Shown here in pieces: positions 1-13,765 of a stretch of DNA of 64,000 nt. The stretch lies in assembly GCF_009914755.1 (NCBI RefSeq), contig NC_060927.1. One strand, written 5' to 3'. The position numbers were made by a program, and so were the translations under genes. Position 1 is the first letter of the stretch. Each line of letters starts with the position of its first letter. The notes under the pieces are model-generated. The model saw nothing but the letters and a program-made list of their open reading frames with translations, searched no databases and was not told the origin of the DNA. This DNA is from the human T2T-CHM13v2.0 reference genome, Homo sapiens.

Positions 1-1165
1 TTTCTCTTTCTCCACAACCTCACCAAGCTCTCCTGTTGTTTTTTTTTTTCACTTTTTAATAATAGCCATTCTGAGTGGTGTGAGATGCTATCTCACTGTG
101 GTTTTGATTTGCATTGTTCTAATCATCAGTGATATTGAACATTTTTTCATGTTTGTTGGCTGGGTGGATGCCTTCTTTTGAGATGTGTCTGTTCATGACC
201 TTTCCTCATTTTTTTTAATGGAGTTTGTTTTTTGCTTGTTGACTTGTTTAAGTTTCTTACAGATTCTGGATATTAGATCTTTGTTAGATGCGTACTTTGC
301 AAACATTTTCTCTCATTCTGTAGACTGTCTATTTACTCTGTTGATAGTTTCTTTTGCTGTACAGAAGCTCCATAGTTTAATTAGGTCCTACTTGTCTATT
401 TTTGTTTCTGTTGAAATTGCTATTGAAGATGTAGTCATTAATTCATTTTCAAGACCAATTTCCAGAATATTTCCTAGGTTTTCTTCTAGAGTTTTTATTG
501 TTTTAGGTCTTACATTTAAGCCTTCAACCCATGTTGAGTTGAAATTTGTGTATTGTGAAAAAGAAGGGGTCCAGTTTCAATATTCTGCATGGCTGACTAG
601 CCAGTTACCCCAGCACTATTTGTTGAATAGGGAGGTCTTTCCCCATTGCTTGACATTGTTGACTGTCAAGCATCAGATAGTTGTGTTTGTGTGACTTTAT
701 TTCTGGGTTCTCGAACCTGTTCCATTGGTCTATGTGTCTGTTTTTGGACCAGTACCATGCTGTTTGGTTACCGTAGCCTTGCAGTATAGTTTGACATAGG
801 GTAATGTGATGACTCTGGCTTTGTTCTTTTTGCTTAGAATTGCTCCCGCTATGCAGACTCTTTTTGGTTTTATATGTATTTTAGAATAGTTTTTTTTCTA
901 ATTCTATGAAAAAATGACATTGATAACTTGATAGTAATAGTATTGAATGTATAAATTGTTTTGGGCAGCATGGCCATTTTAATGTCTTCCAATCCATGAG
1001 CGTGGAATGCGTTTCCATTTGTTTGTGTTATCTCTGATTTCTTTCAGCAGTGTTTTGTAATTCTTACTGTAGAGATCCTTCACCTCCCTGGTTAGCTGTA
1101 CTCCTAGGTATTCTATTCTTTTTGTGGCTATTTTAAATGGTATTGCATTCTTAATTTCATACATT
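1..1165 (-). mobile_element. LINE-1 ORF2 3' region fragment (L1PB/L1MA-age), runs off the window start
   Basis: The minus-strand ORF 979-1164 ([53 protein letters not shown]) is typical L1 ORF2p. Antisense L1 motifs such as aatagccattctgagtggtgtgagat are present. Confidence 0.93.
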
Positions 1166-1699
1166 CAATTTTAGTTCTTTAAAAATATAATGGTGTGTTA
1201 ACAGGATCCTTCACTAACTGCCTGTTTTAATTCACTAATTTTACTTCTATAATCACTTTGTTTCTATACTTCACAAGTGATTATACTGTTATAGCTGTAA
1301 TATTAGCAGTAACATTTAATTAACACTCACACTGTGAGCTAAAATTATACTCCACTAACGCCTAACTTCTTACCTTTGACTCTCTTGCTAAATGGTCACT
1401 AATGTAACAGTTAACCTCTTCTTCTTTACACTTCATAATATTCCTAAATTGAAAGAAAATTTACATCTGTAAAAATAAGTGTGGAATATTTTTGTGAGAT
1501 TCATAGTATGAAGAAAATTAATCTACCAAGTATAAAATACGTGTTGAGTATCAGTGTATTATATCAGACAGGACAATGGAAGAAGAAAGATGTAAATAAG
1601 TTTCCGTATCCTCAGGAAACACACAAACTAAAAGACATGGTGAACACATTGAAACACTTTGGAAGGAAAAGCACAAAAATGTGATTTGTGAAACTATTG

Positions 1700-4600
1700 T
1701 GCATGTGATTTATTCTTGAAATTTTATAATTTTACATTTTACCTTTAGGTTGATGTCCATTTCCAGTTAATTTTTGAATAAAATATTAACTGTCTATTGA
1801 GGTTTACTTTCTGTTTTGCATTTATAGGACCATTTGTTTTGGTGTCATTTGTATAAAAGACTATCTTTTTATCTTTGAATTACTTTTGCAGCTTTGTCAA
1901 GTCAGTTTTCTCTGAACTCTTTTTTGTTTCATTGATATATGTCTATATGTTCCTCTCACCAACAACACAGTGTCTCATTACCGTAGTTTTGGGTACATCT
2001 TAGAATCAAGTAGTGTGAGTCTGCAACTTGGTTCTTATTTTTACAAATTGTTTGAGTTATTCTAACTCCTTTGCATTTCTATTTAAACGTTAGAATCAGC
2101 TTGCTGATGCATCAAAAAAAAATCTGCTGGGATTTTCACTAAGATGGTGTCTTATCTATAGATCAATTTTAGAAGAAAATTACATCTTAACAGTATTAAT
2201 TCTTACATACCATGAACATAGTTTACCTCTCCATTAAAACAATTAATATCCCTTCTCTTGAACTTATTTTATCAATGTTTTGTAGCTTTTGAAAATATTT
2301 GATATTTTTGGTGGTATTGAAAGTGCTACTTTAAAAATTTTGAATCTCAACATGTCATAACTGATATATATAAATAAAATTGACTTTTGAATATTTACCT
2401 TTTATTTTGTGATCTTGTTAAATTTCTTTATTGGTTTTGGAAGTTTTATGTAGTCTCTGGAGCATCTATATAGACAATCATGTTTTCTCTGACTGAAGAT
2501 AGATTTTTTTTTCCCTTCCAATCTGAATGCCTTTTTTTTTAAAAAAAAAAAAACAACCAATTGACTTTATTGCACTGACTAGGACTTCCATTATGATTTT
2601 CTATATGAGTGTTGAGAGAGGAAATCTTTGTCTAGTTTCTGATCTTAGATGAAAAATATATGGCCACATGTAAGTTTCTGTAAATTAAATTTGTCAAGTT
2701 AAATAATTTTCCTTTTCTTCTTAGTGATTTTCCTTTTATTCATCTGTTACTGTGGTGAATTATGGTGATTGGGCTTTAAATGTTAAACCAGTCTTGCATT
2801 CCTGGTATAAACCACACTTGATTATAGTATATTATCCTTTTTAAAGATACGATTTACTAATATATCTTACATATTTTGTTTACTATGTCTATGTTTATGA
2901 GGAATTGTGGTTTATAGTTTTTGTTACTTGTAATGTTTTTCTTGTTTCTGTTGTTTCCTGTTACTTATAATACTATTTTTATGAGGAATTTGAGTTTGTA
3001 GTTTTTGTTATTGGTAAGGTTTTTTTTCTTGTTACTTGTAACTTATTTTATTATAACTTTGTTAGTTGTAACATTTTTCTTTTCACTTGGTTTTGGTATT
3101 AGGGTATGGCTAGCTTCATAATATGCATTGAGTGGTGCTGATCTTGTTTCATTTTGTGAAGAGTTTGTACAGACTTAGTATTATTTCTTCCTGAAATATT
3201 TATTAGAATTTACTATTAAAATGATTTGGGCCTGAAGTTGTCTTTGTTGGAAGGCTTTTTAACTATGAATCCAATTTCTTTAATAGATAAATCTTTATTT
3301 ATGTTAATCTATTAGATTAAAATATGCTTGGTTAGTTTGTGTCCTTCAAGGAATTGCATATCTTCTGAATTGTTGAATTCAGAGGCATAGTATTTTTTGT
3401 AATTTTTTATTTCAATTTTTATTATTTTTTTTTTACTGTCTATGAAGCTTTAATGTTGTTCCCAGTATTGAAAAATTCATATTTTCTTTATTTTCTTGGT
3501 CAGTCTGCTGAAAGGCTTGTCATTTTTATTGACATTTTCCAAAAACTAGGTTTTCATTTTATTGATTTTCTGATTTTGTGTGTGTGTGTGTGCATTGAAT
3601 TTTATTGTTTCATACTCATATTATTTCATTACTTCTGCTTATTTGGGTTTTGTTTATTTTTAATGTTTGTTTCTTAATGCCAAAGCTTAGATTTCTACTT
3701 TAATTCCTTTTTATTTTCTAATATAAAATTCAATGCTATAAATTTTGATACTTATTTTCAAAATTTTTCTTGAGATTTTCTCTTTCACTAATTATTTATT
3801 TAGAACTATATTGTAAAACTTCCACATATTTATAAAATTTCTAAATACCTTTATGTTAATGCTTTCTAGTTTGAATTAGTTATGATTCAAGAACATGCTT
3901 AATATGAGTTATATTATTTTAAAGTGATTAAAGTGATCATTTTAAAGTGATTTAAGGTGATTTGTCATTTCACTCAGGTTATGGTATTTTAAAAAATATT
4001 TTATGTACACTGAAAAACAACGTATATTCTCTTTTTGTTGAGGAGAGTGTTCTAAAAGTGTTGATCAGGCCAATTTGATTGATGGTGTTCAAGTTTTCTC
4101 TATTATTATCTGTTTTTTTTCTATCCATTATTGGATAGTTGTAGTAAAGCCTTCAAATATAATTGCGAACTTGTCCTTCTATTCTGTTCTGTTTTGCCAT
4201 GTATACCTTGAAGCACTCTTGTTCAGTGTATACATGTTTGAGATTTGTAAGTCTTCTAAGAACGTTGACCTAATTGTTATGATGAAATGGTCATATTTCC
4301 TTTAATATTCTCTGCTTTGATGGCCACTTTCTCTGATTTAAACATAGCTTATTCAGCTTGCTTTTGGCTAGTTCTAGTAAAATGTGTCCTCTTTTACTTC
4401 AGAACATTGGGAATTATAGTCTTAAATTATCATGTTCAATATTAATTCTCTTTGGTTATTTTTAGTTTTTTTAGAGTCTAAATATATGTGTGTAGAATTT
4501 TTTTTTTTTTTGCCTATCTTCTCTACTTATGTTCTCTTTGATTCGTTTTCTCATTTTGCATATTTTACTTTATTGGCATTAAATTTCACAAATGTTTTAG
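1700..4600 (-). mobile_element. Old decayed LINE-1 (L1M-type) ORF2 region, antisense
   Basis: T-rich sequence with antisense L1 motifs (ttagaatcagcttg, ccatgaacatag, acaatcatgttttct, cttgcattcctggtataaaccacacttg, ggttttggtattaggg). Boundaries approximate. Confidence 0.8.
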
Positions 4601-4954
4601 CTTTTTCTCTTTTCTTTAAATAACTTTGTTGAGGGATGGGAGAACTTACCATAGCTATGTTTTCAAACATTTTACCATTATGGTATATAGGAGTTAAGTC
4701 TTTATCTTCTATAGTGAGAAATAAGTATAATCTCCAATGTAAAAAAATCAGCAAATCAGAATGAAATTTATAAATATGGTAAATAAAACAAACAGCTGAA
4801 GAGTTTAAAGTGGATGACACTGAGGAAGGAATCGGGGCAAAGAGAGGTAGGATAGGTAACTGCTGTTCTTCATTAGAAACAGTATAGAACTGTTTGACTT
4901 TTAAAACCATGAAATGTGACTACTTTGAAAAGCAAAATAAAAGTGAAAGTTTGG

Positions 4955-5080
4955 CTGTATTAGTAATTCCACTTCTGGGTATGTACCCAAAAGAACTGAA
5001 AGCAGGGACTCAAACAGATACAGTAATGTTCACAGTAGCCTCATGAATACTAGCCAAAAGTGGTAACAGCCCAAGTGTTC
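4955..5080 (+). mobile_element. LINE-1 (L1MB/L1MC-like) ORF2-end fragment
   Basis: aattccacttctgggtatgtacccaaaagaactgaaagcagggactcaaacagatac matches the L1M 3' ORF2 motif. Confidence 0.75.
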
Positions 5081-5084
5081 TGTT

Positions 5085-7794
5085 CTTCATTTTGGAGAGG
5101 TATTCCTGACATGGCCCAGACCATTCTAAAAATTTTAGGGCCTTGAAAGTTTACAGGTTTTATAACTCTGTTCTGGAATATATGTGTCTTATGAAGGCCT
5201 CCAATATATTTGCCATGTCTTGCTCATCTGGTTTAATTAAGTTAATGTCATCAAAATAGTGGACCAATTTTATCTTCTGTGATATGTCCAGATGGTCCAG
5301 GTGCCTTCTGATTTTACTGAGGCAGAAGGCGGAAGAATTAGCATAGCCTTGGAGCACAATGTTAAATGTGTTCTTATGTTTGTCCCACATAAATGAGAAC
5401 TGGTTTTGATCTTTTCTCTTAAAAGGGATACAAATAGAAATGCTTTCACCTGATCATGGATGTATGCCTGAGACTGAGTTAAGCTGCTCTCACAAAGACA
5501 CCATAATTGGCAGAGCAGCTACAATTAAGGTTACTACTTGGTCGGGTTTGTGATATTCCTCTGTCATCTGCCAGGATCCATCTTCTTTGTTAGAAGCTAG
5601 ATTTTGAAATAAATGGGGATATAATGAGGACCAAACCCCTGAATCCCGTAGATAATTTAGAACAGAGCTAATCTCTTCTATTTTCTCTGGAAGTTGATAC
5701 TGCTTTTGTGCTATCTTTCCCAGGAGAGGAACAGTTTCGGAAGTTTCTTCTTGGCCCAACACACTATGACAGGTCATATAGGCTAGTGAAGTATTTTGGG
5801 GATTTCTTTCAACTACCAATTATTTCCACTGAGTTATACAGGTGAAGACCAGCAAAATGACCTGTATATACATTCAGAGATACAGAACACTCACTGAGAG
5901 CCAGGCATGGTCAGGACTTGATTTATTACCTGTGTCCCAACTACCCCCATTCAAATGGTAGGGGTGAGAGGTAGGTCATCATGATGCCTCAAATCCCCAG
6001 TATTATTGCCAACTTAAATCCTGCAAACATTAATTTTGACCCCTATTGTGGTTATCTGCATAAATGGTCATAGATCCTTTTGCAGAAGGTCTAGAAGAGT
6101 TATTTCTCCATAACCTTGTTGTGGTATTTTCAGGTCCTTTCTCAATGGGACTCTGCCTCTCCTTCAGATAGAAGTTTCTGATTTACAAAACTGTATCAGG
6201 TCAAGAAATGGGAAAAGATATTGTGGATTCCTATTAGAGTGGCTGCTCTCAGTGTTGATCATCTGATACCCTTGTTGACTGCCCAACTTATGTTGCTCTA
6301 AGAATACCACACTCTATTAATTATCTCCAAAGCTTTCCACAAATCAGCTTGCCCTCCCAATATCACTATGCCATCCATTACAGACTGCCTTGCCTGTAAT
6401 GATTAAACACCACAATATGGTCTCTATTTATTCTAGAGCCTATCACCCCCACTGCTATCAGGGAGCCCGTTCTGCAACAGCATCTCCCACAAGCAACCCT
6501 ATTCTAGAGCAGAGAGTTGTCTCAACAATGCCAGTACCCTGATCACCAGTGTACTTCTTATCACTTTGGTAAATGAAGTGTCCTTTAGGTCCTTCAAGAG
6601 ACTAGAGACCAATGATGAGTTTTCCAGCCTTAATAATGTATCCACTCCAGGCTGAATACTTCTCTGAGCCTTTTATTCTCTTCTTCCCTATCTGACTTAA
6701 CAATACAGCATTTCTACTTTACTTTATTTGGACCACACCCTTTGTCAAGCTTCCAAGAGCCATCCTTAGTAGCATGCTAGCACCATTTTCCAATCTCCCT
6801 TGAAACTAAAGTTATTAATTCTTGTATCAGGAGGCACTGCTCATTTGAACAATCTCTCTTTCCTATCCAACTTTATGCTTCACATCCGTCAATATGGAAC
6901 TTTCATAATCCAGCCCCATTCTTTCTTCCTGGCTCTTGTCATATATGTTTCCTAGGACATTTAGCAAATTTGGCATGTATTTCACTTCCTTCCTTGGATG
7001 ACCAATACTTCTCCTCCAGGTTATGTTGTAATTGGACCCCAGTTATTGGTTTTGTCCCTAAGAGAGGAAGTAAGGATAGGAGGGGTCTATACCACAAGGA
7101 AAGAGAACAGAAAGCTAAGGAAGCATCGGCATTGTCTTCAAGCCAGGGAAGGCACTGGCCTTTAGCAGAGAGTACTGAGACATTTCTACTGGTCCAGAGA
7201 TCTGAGATATCTGGGATTACGAGATTCTTGAGTCCATCTATCTAGGTACCTCCATTCCAAGACTCAGCCTATGAGGGGCCAGGCCTTGGGATAGAAGACT
7301 TGATACACTTGAAAATTCAAGTGTCCTTGGGTTTCCTTTACTCTTAGATATTTAATTTCTGAGCCTAGTTCTCAGATTTTCTGTTCTCCCTTTCCAAGAG
7401 ATAGAAAAACTTTTCACATGCAGCTAATGAGAACCTCTTATTTTCAAATGTCTCTTTAAATCTGCCAGCAGTTGCCCTCAGCTTTTTATTTTCTGTCACT
7501 AGCACACTGATAATACCCAATGAATGTCACTAATAATCTCATAATCCTCATAATTTCTATTTTTCCCAAACTTCCTAAAAGTGTGATATATTGCAGGCAC
7601 CATTGCATTCCTTTCTATAGGTATTCTATCCTAGTTCTACACAGAGGAAAGCTTTAACAATTGTGGCACTGTAGCATACTTAGGGGCTAGTAATTTTCTA
7701 CCTTGTTAGCAATGAGGAGATCATTGCTAACTGCTGATGATCCAGCTCCAATTCCTTTCAAAGGTGTGTATCTTAAGACAACTTCTGCTATCAA
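5085..7794 (-). mobile_element. ERVL-class (HERV16/ERV3-16A3-like) internal region: decayed gag-pro-pol, truncated within RT
   Basis: ORF 5160-5390 has retroviral RT motifs (TFNIVLQGYANSSAFC...LVHYFDDINL). ORF 5490-5819 has QKQYQLP...KEDGSWQMTEEYHK, the RT N-terminus. It adjoins an LTR16 in the same orientation. Confidence 0.9.
5160..5819 (-). pseudogene. pol: Frameshifted reverse transcriptase remnant of the ERVL
   Basis: LPQG-like (VLQGY) and YxDD (YFDD) motifs and the RT N-terminus are split over separate short ORFs with stops. Confidence 0.85.
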
Positions 7795-8242
7795 CTCTCT
7801 TTGGTGTGGTTTGTGGGAGAACAGTCTCTGTGAAAGAGTTCTGCATGTAAAAGGTATATTTATGAGTGCTTTTGAGGAAAATACCTGTAAAGGAGTATGG
7901 AAATCAGGATTATGTAGGGGGAGAATCTGAACTGAGATGGAGATGCAACCACAGCCTTGGCCTGCTCAGGAGCTCAGGAGTTGAGAGAGTGCTTCAGAGT
8001 TGTCCAGGATTAAAGCAAGGTGGCAGGTCTTTGTCCCTCTGCATTGAACAATTATCAGATTTTGGCTGCCCTATAGGGCATGGGACATAACTGTCAGTGA
8101 GGCAACTCCTTTTAGCCAAAGAAAAGTCCCAAGGACTTAGTTGCAAGCTATCTATAGCCAATGCTCCTACCAGCTGGGGAAATGTGTAAGTGTCTCTGGG
8201 ACCCGAAAGGAGCACAAGCAGTGTACCATTGCAGCCACCACA
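7795..8242 (-). mobile_element. LTR16C-like 5' LTR of the ERVL
   Basis: The reverse complement contains ttccccagctggtaggagcattggct, gcagccaaaatctgat and ggacaactctgaag, matching the recalled LTR16C consensus, and runs directly into the ERVL leader. Confidence 0.8.
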
Positions 8243-8258
8243 TATATTTTCACCCCAT

Positions 8259-8790
8259 TGTGGTGACTGATTTTACAGCACCAAAACCTACTCTACACTT
8301 TTGCTTACCTTAGTTCCAAATCCTACTTTACATTGTTATACTGAATCCTCTGGTGCAAAGACCCTTACCTACTGACCTCCAGCACCTGTTCTCCTCCTCA
8401 AAACACTTCCATTTTATTTTTGCTGAACACCTCATTACCTGGAATAAAGACTATATTTCTAGTTTGCCTTTCTATAGATGTTGTCATCTGATCAAATTCA
8501 TGAAAATTAGATATAGGAAGTGCTACCAGGCAGATTTCAGAAAATGTTCTTTTCTTTTATCTTGCTGGATATAACTGGAACTTTGTAATGGATCATGCAC
8601 TGAAGGCTATACCCTAGTAATGGAGTATAGAAAGCTAGAAGCTCTTTTGGCCCCGGAAAATTTACAGCTATCACTTCATTTCAGGATTGCATTTATCTAT
8701 ATACTTATGAGTGAAAGAAATACACAATGAGACTATTTAAGTACCTACATTTCAGGTCTCTGTTACTCTCAACCCATATTATTTATAACT
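8259..8790 (+). mobile_element. Old MaLR LTR (MLT1I/J-like)
   Basis: Starts tgtggtgactg, contains ggaataaagactatatttc and ends with an MLT1-like tttaagtacc...tctgttactc tail. Highly diverged. Confidence 0.55.
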
Positions 8791-9377
8791 ACCTTATTCA
8801 TGTATGGTCATATTCAGGAGTTATTTAGGTAACAGGCAGTATGCCTCTGCAGAATATTGTATCCTATGGAATGCCTAAGGAGAGACAGAAGGATGCAAAC
8901 CCCTGCAAAATCCTAGGAGCAAACTAATTACAAAGATTGAAATTTCAAAGGGGGAACAGATGTTCATGCTCCAGAAATGTGGAAAGTGCTATGTCTCTGG
9001 TACAGAAAGGGCATAGAGTCACCACATGAAAGCAATGTGCAGAACTGGGCTTTGCCCAGAAAGATATTCTGTCTGAGTAGTTTATACAGTCTCTTTCATC
9101 TGGAAACAGACCCTGCCTTTCTCATTTGACAGTGTAATTCATTTTAGATACTCCAAATAATCTAACTTTGTTTTGAGGGATTTTAAAAAAAAACAGAAAA
9201 TGGTCTTTCTGTATATCACCATTCTGCTAAGGGAAGCTTGGCAATGGCAATTAGAAGTGGTAATTCTGAAATTTAAAACAACAACCAGCAACTAAATAAG
9301 CAGAAGCACAGGAGTTTAGAGCAATATGGAGAGCAGCTGAGATGTGGATGAACTTAGGAAAAGATTCTCCTCTTTAG

Positions 9378-9572
9378 CAGTGACTCTACATCCATGCTAC
9401 CCATCATTAAGGGTGGAGGGAGGGTACTTAAAAAGGTCAATGCCTAGGCCCTATGGCAGATCTATTAGAGTTGTTAGGGGTACAGACAGCCCTGATTGTT
9501 TTCTTTTGTGTGTGTGTTTTGTTTTTAACCTCCAAGTCAATTCTAATACACAGCTAGGGTTGAAATCTGCTG
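9378..9572. mobile_element. MER5-family hAT-Charlie MITE
   Basis: The end aattctaatacacagctagggttgaaatctgctg and internal atgcctaggccc resemble MER5A/B. Confidence 0.55.
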
Positions 9573-9646
9573 CATTAACACTTAAAGTGAGTCTTGGAGA
9601 TATCAAATGAACAGTCATTTGAGTTTTGTGACCTAAGCACACCTTT

Positions 9647-10010
9647 TGTATTAGTCCATTTTCATACTGCTTTGAAGAAATACCTGAGCCTGTATAATTT
9701 ATAAAGGAAAAGAGGTTTAATGGAATCACAGTTCCACATGGCTGGGGAGGCCTCACAATCACAGAAGAAGGCAAAGGAGGAACAAAGCCATGTCTTACAT
9801 GATGGCAGGCAAGAGAGCATGTGCAGGGAAATTGCCCTTTATAAAACCATCAGATCTCATGAGACTTATTCAGTATCATGAGAACAGCATGGAAAGAATA
9901 CACCCTCATTATTCAGTTACCTACCACCAGGTCCTTTCCACGACACATGGGGATTATGGGAGCTACAATTCAAGATGCAATTTGGGTTAGGACACAGCCA
10001 AACCATATCA
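9647..10010 (-). mobile_element. THE1 (THE1B/C-like) MaLR solo LTR
   Basis: 364 bp, tgtattagtcc...gccaaaccatatca, with TG..CA termini and a perfect 5-bp TSD CCTTT at 9642-9646 and 10011-10015. Confidence 0.95.
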
Positions 10011-10759
10011 CCTTTTGAGAATGTATACCTTAAAAAACCTCAGCTACTTTATTTCCATATTTAATATAAATTATGTAGTCATTTTTATTATGTATAAATT
10101 TATTCACCTAAAGAATAAAAATTCAAAATAGTAAATATTAAAGCAATTTAGACCATAGAAGAAGTTAAATTTCTTTAAATAATCATTTGAAATTCTCTAT
10201 AAATTTTATTTCAAGCCTTAACCTGGAGACACCAGAGTAAGCCTCAACAGTTTTTGAGATAGAATATCTCATTTCAAAAACAAACAGAACACTCATTCAG
10301 GTTGGGCTAGGTTTTATTTTCACTCTCAATGTCATTTTTGCTTTGGATGGTTTCATTGTCAGTGTCTGGGGTTGAGGACAAAGTCTCTCATTGTTTGTTT
10401 TTCTTCCATCAGTTCACATTTAAGACAATTACTGCACAGCTGGGCAAATATGCTGGCATGCAAGTGCCTTTCCGTTTTGAAGCTCTCATTGTGAAGAAGA
10501 AGCCTGGAGAGTCAACAGAAAAATTAATTACAATTGAGCAGAGCAAACTCCATCATATTCAAACAATATTTACCTACCAAACAAAAATAAGATATTGATG
10601 GTTAATTATTTATTATTGTCAGGTTTATTTTGAACATTTTTCTTGTATAAAAGGACTCTGGCCCTGTAGGTCCATAATTCTAAGAGAAATATCCTCAGTG
10701 TGGGGCTGAACTTCAAACTAAGGAGAACTGAATCTTAATAAAATCATAGCAGTCATGTT

Positions 10760-10764
<5 letters not shown>

Positions 10765-10794
<30 letters not shown>
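10765..10794. repeat. (TG)15 microsatellite
   Basis: Seen directly in the sequence. Confidence 0.97.
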
Positions 10795-10799
<5 letters not shown>

Positions 10800-11297
10800 A
10801 TAAACATACTGATTTGTTCTGCACTTCTGCGAAGTTCTATAGAAGACTGTTCCAGGTAAATAATTTGGTAATTCCTTTTACAATACATGGAAAGAACTAG
10901 TATTCACAGAATCAGGAAAGAGGCTCCTCATGGAATATGACTCAGTTCCCTTTACATGTGATCTGAAGCCTGGGACTGATTATTCCCGCTATGTGGGGAA
11001 TTGCATTCTATAGTGAAAATCAGTGATACATAGGTTTGAATAAAGCATGATGATTATAGGTTGACTTCCTAATTGAAGGTAAAGAATTCTTAATGATGGC
11101 TTCCAAGGCACTGACTGACTAGGAGGGGTGACCATAATCCCATTCCCATCTGCAGTGTGAAAGTGAGTGCTAAGTAGGTAAGTGAATGGGACAAAGGTAG
11201 TAAGGAGAAAGATGAGAGCAAAGGGACTCATTCACCGAGCATCGTTCTTATGATAAAGTTGGAGTTTTTTTGGCATAGTACAAAAGAAGGTTGTTTC

Positions 11298-11457
11298 TCC
11301 AGAAAGGAACACAAACCTGCTGACGCTTTGATTCCAACCCAAAAGATTCATATCAGACTGACTTCAGACTTACAGAATTATGAAATAATACCTTTGTATT
11401 GTTTTAAGCCACTAGTTTTGTGTCCATTTGTTACAGCAGCAATAGAAAACTAATACA
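11298..11457 (+). mobile_element. MLT1 (MLT1C/D-like) LTR 3' fragment
   Basis: gttttaagccactagttttgtgtccatttgttacagcagcaatagaaaactaataca is the canonical MLT1 3' end. Confidence 0.85.
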
Positions 11458-13765
11458 ATTCTTAAATAATCAGCATGTTGAATTCAATATTATAAATATT
11501 AAACATTATAAATTCAACATTATGGCTCATAATGTATTCATTAGTATATTTAAAGGAATCAAAATAAGATGTGTATCTACTTATATATTTAGAAGTGCCA
11601 TAGGCAATTTATATATTAAATAAAGATTAAAGTCACTTATTAAAATATCCCCAAAATGGAAAGAATGCTGATATGCTGGAAGTTTGATGGGTGTGGAAGA
11701 GACTGGCATAACATACGATCAGAAAAATAAGGGAGGGACATACATACTATGTAGGATTTATAAACCATGCTGAAGAATTCAGATTTTCTTCTCAATGTGA
11801 AGGGGAAAAGTCCGTCAACAATAGAAAATTATAAAAAAAATTGATGAAACGCTCTATAAAATGATATGAGTAGAGCTCCATATGAAACTGCTGAGTAGGT
11901 GAAAGCCATCACAATAGAGTATATATAGTATGCTAATTTTGTATGGAAGAACCCAAGGGAAATAAGAATATATACTTGTATTTACTTTACTTGCATTCTC
12001 GATAAAGAAACACCGCAAAGATATACAGGGGAAGAAAGTAATTTTCCATAGTGGGAGGAGAAATGTGATAAATGAGATATGAGTGGGACCAGATTTTTCA
12101 AAGTTTATTTTACATTGTTTTGATTATGGAAACTTGGAAAAGTACTATTCTTTGTTTTAAATAAAGAAATTTATTTAAACAAATTAACAGAGTATTTAAA
12201 ATAAAAGCAGAAAATTTTCCCTACTAGATATAAAATATTTTAATATGCAAAGATAACATGTTCCTAGATGTAAATGCATCCTTTATGTCAGTTTTATGAC
12301 TGGCTTATTCAATGTGATCCTTACATTCTAGATTTAGATTACAAAGTAGTACTTGTTACTGCCCTAGCTAATCAAATAAACACATTTTGTATTTGGCAAT
12401 TACTCTAGTAAGTAATTCTCAATGTTCAAGATAAATATGTTACAATTGCCTATAATTGATATGATTAGGTCATGGCAATACAGCACTTCATTTACATCCA
12501 AAGTCTTTATAGCTGGTCTACAGTGTACTAGTAAAATTATCAAGCAAGTCTATGTTCCAAAGGTATTTATAGACAATTGATTAGTGTTCTCTCAGTGTTT
12601 TGGAGAAAATCAAAGTAGATATATGTGTTAATTTTTTGGAAAGTTAATAATATTGTGTCTAAGCTACTGGAAGTGGGGTACAAAATTGCAAGCTATGCAA
12701 TTAACATAAATGTGTTTCTTATTCAGTTTCACAAGTAAAATAATATTATTTGGTGAAATAAAGCAATTTCACAATTTTTCTCTTGATGAATATTTATTCC
12801 ATATCAGCATTATTATTTGAGTATAGAGTGAATTTTCAAAAGAAAACAAATACCTTTTCCAAGAAGTAAAATTGTTCTTTTAAAAATGTTTTTACATAAG
12901 ATTTTATTTTACTTTTTTGTCTTTGTATATTTTCCATAAATAACGTTTTGTCACTTTTTTATTTTGTGGAATATACAAGAATAATTTTTAACTACTTTCA
13001 TTTTGATGTCTTTTCCGGTTCTGCTCTAAACTATGTATAAGCTTTTGTTTGAACACTATAATCAACACTTGAAATTAGATATATTTAATAGTTTTATTAG
13101 AGACAAAGTTAAGATTTTAGTGGTGTCTGAAAAAACCAGCTGTGGTCAAACATACTTGCCATAGAGGTAATCCGAGTAATCAATGAAAGGATTGTTAATA
13201 TTTATATATGATGTTTAAAATTCATTCAACTATTTTCTGATTTATCCACCATTTAGTCTTTTGACACCTCCATTGCACCCTCCCAGAACACTTTAACTTT
13301 GTTCATTTTTCAAGCTTAAGTATTTTTGAATGTCTAAACTTTTATAGATCATAGGCCTAACACTAGACAAAAGAGAGAAGACATTTTCTCTGTTGCTTTT
13401 GTAACACTCAAAAAAATTCTCTCTTAAAATTGTATAGAATTAGTCAATGAGAAATATGATACTTTTGTATTATGGAAATTTAGAAATATAAACCAATATA
13501 AACAGAAATCGAAAAATTAGCAGAAAAAATATATTAAAATATATTAATCCCCAGGTATCCTCAGCTGTCTTTACAAATTGTCAATATTTTATTTTACCAT
13601 TCTTGTTTAATCAGCACTCTCACTCTTATCCTTAACTCATTTTTGAGCTTTATAAAGTAAATTACAGACCAACTGGTGAAATTTTGTTTGGACTGTTACC
13701 AAAATCAATGACAGAGAAAGCAGCCACAAATATTCTGGTAGCCAGTAATTTTTTTTTTTTTTTTT

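Noticed and set aside
185-694. Longest ORF (169 aa), hydrophobic
   Set aside because: It is the antisense frame of L1 ORF2. The same pseudo-peptide (FANIFSHSV.CLFT) recurs at 27679-27927.
2893-3075. Imperfect repeats of tttatgaggaatt...gttacttgtaa
   Set aside because: A local slippage duplication inside an old L1, with low complexity and no sign of function.
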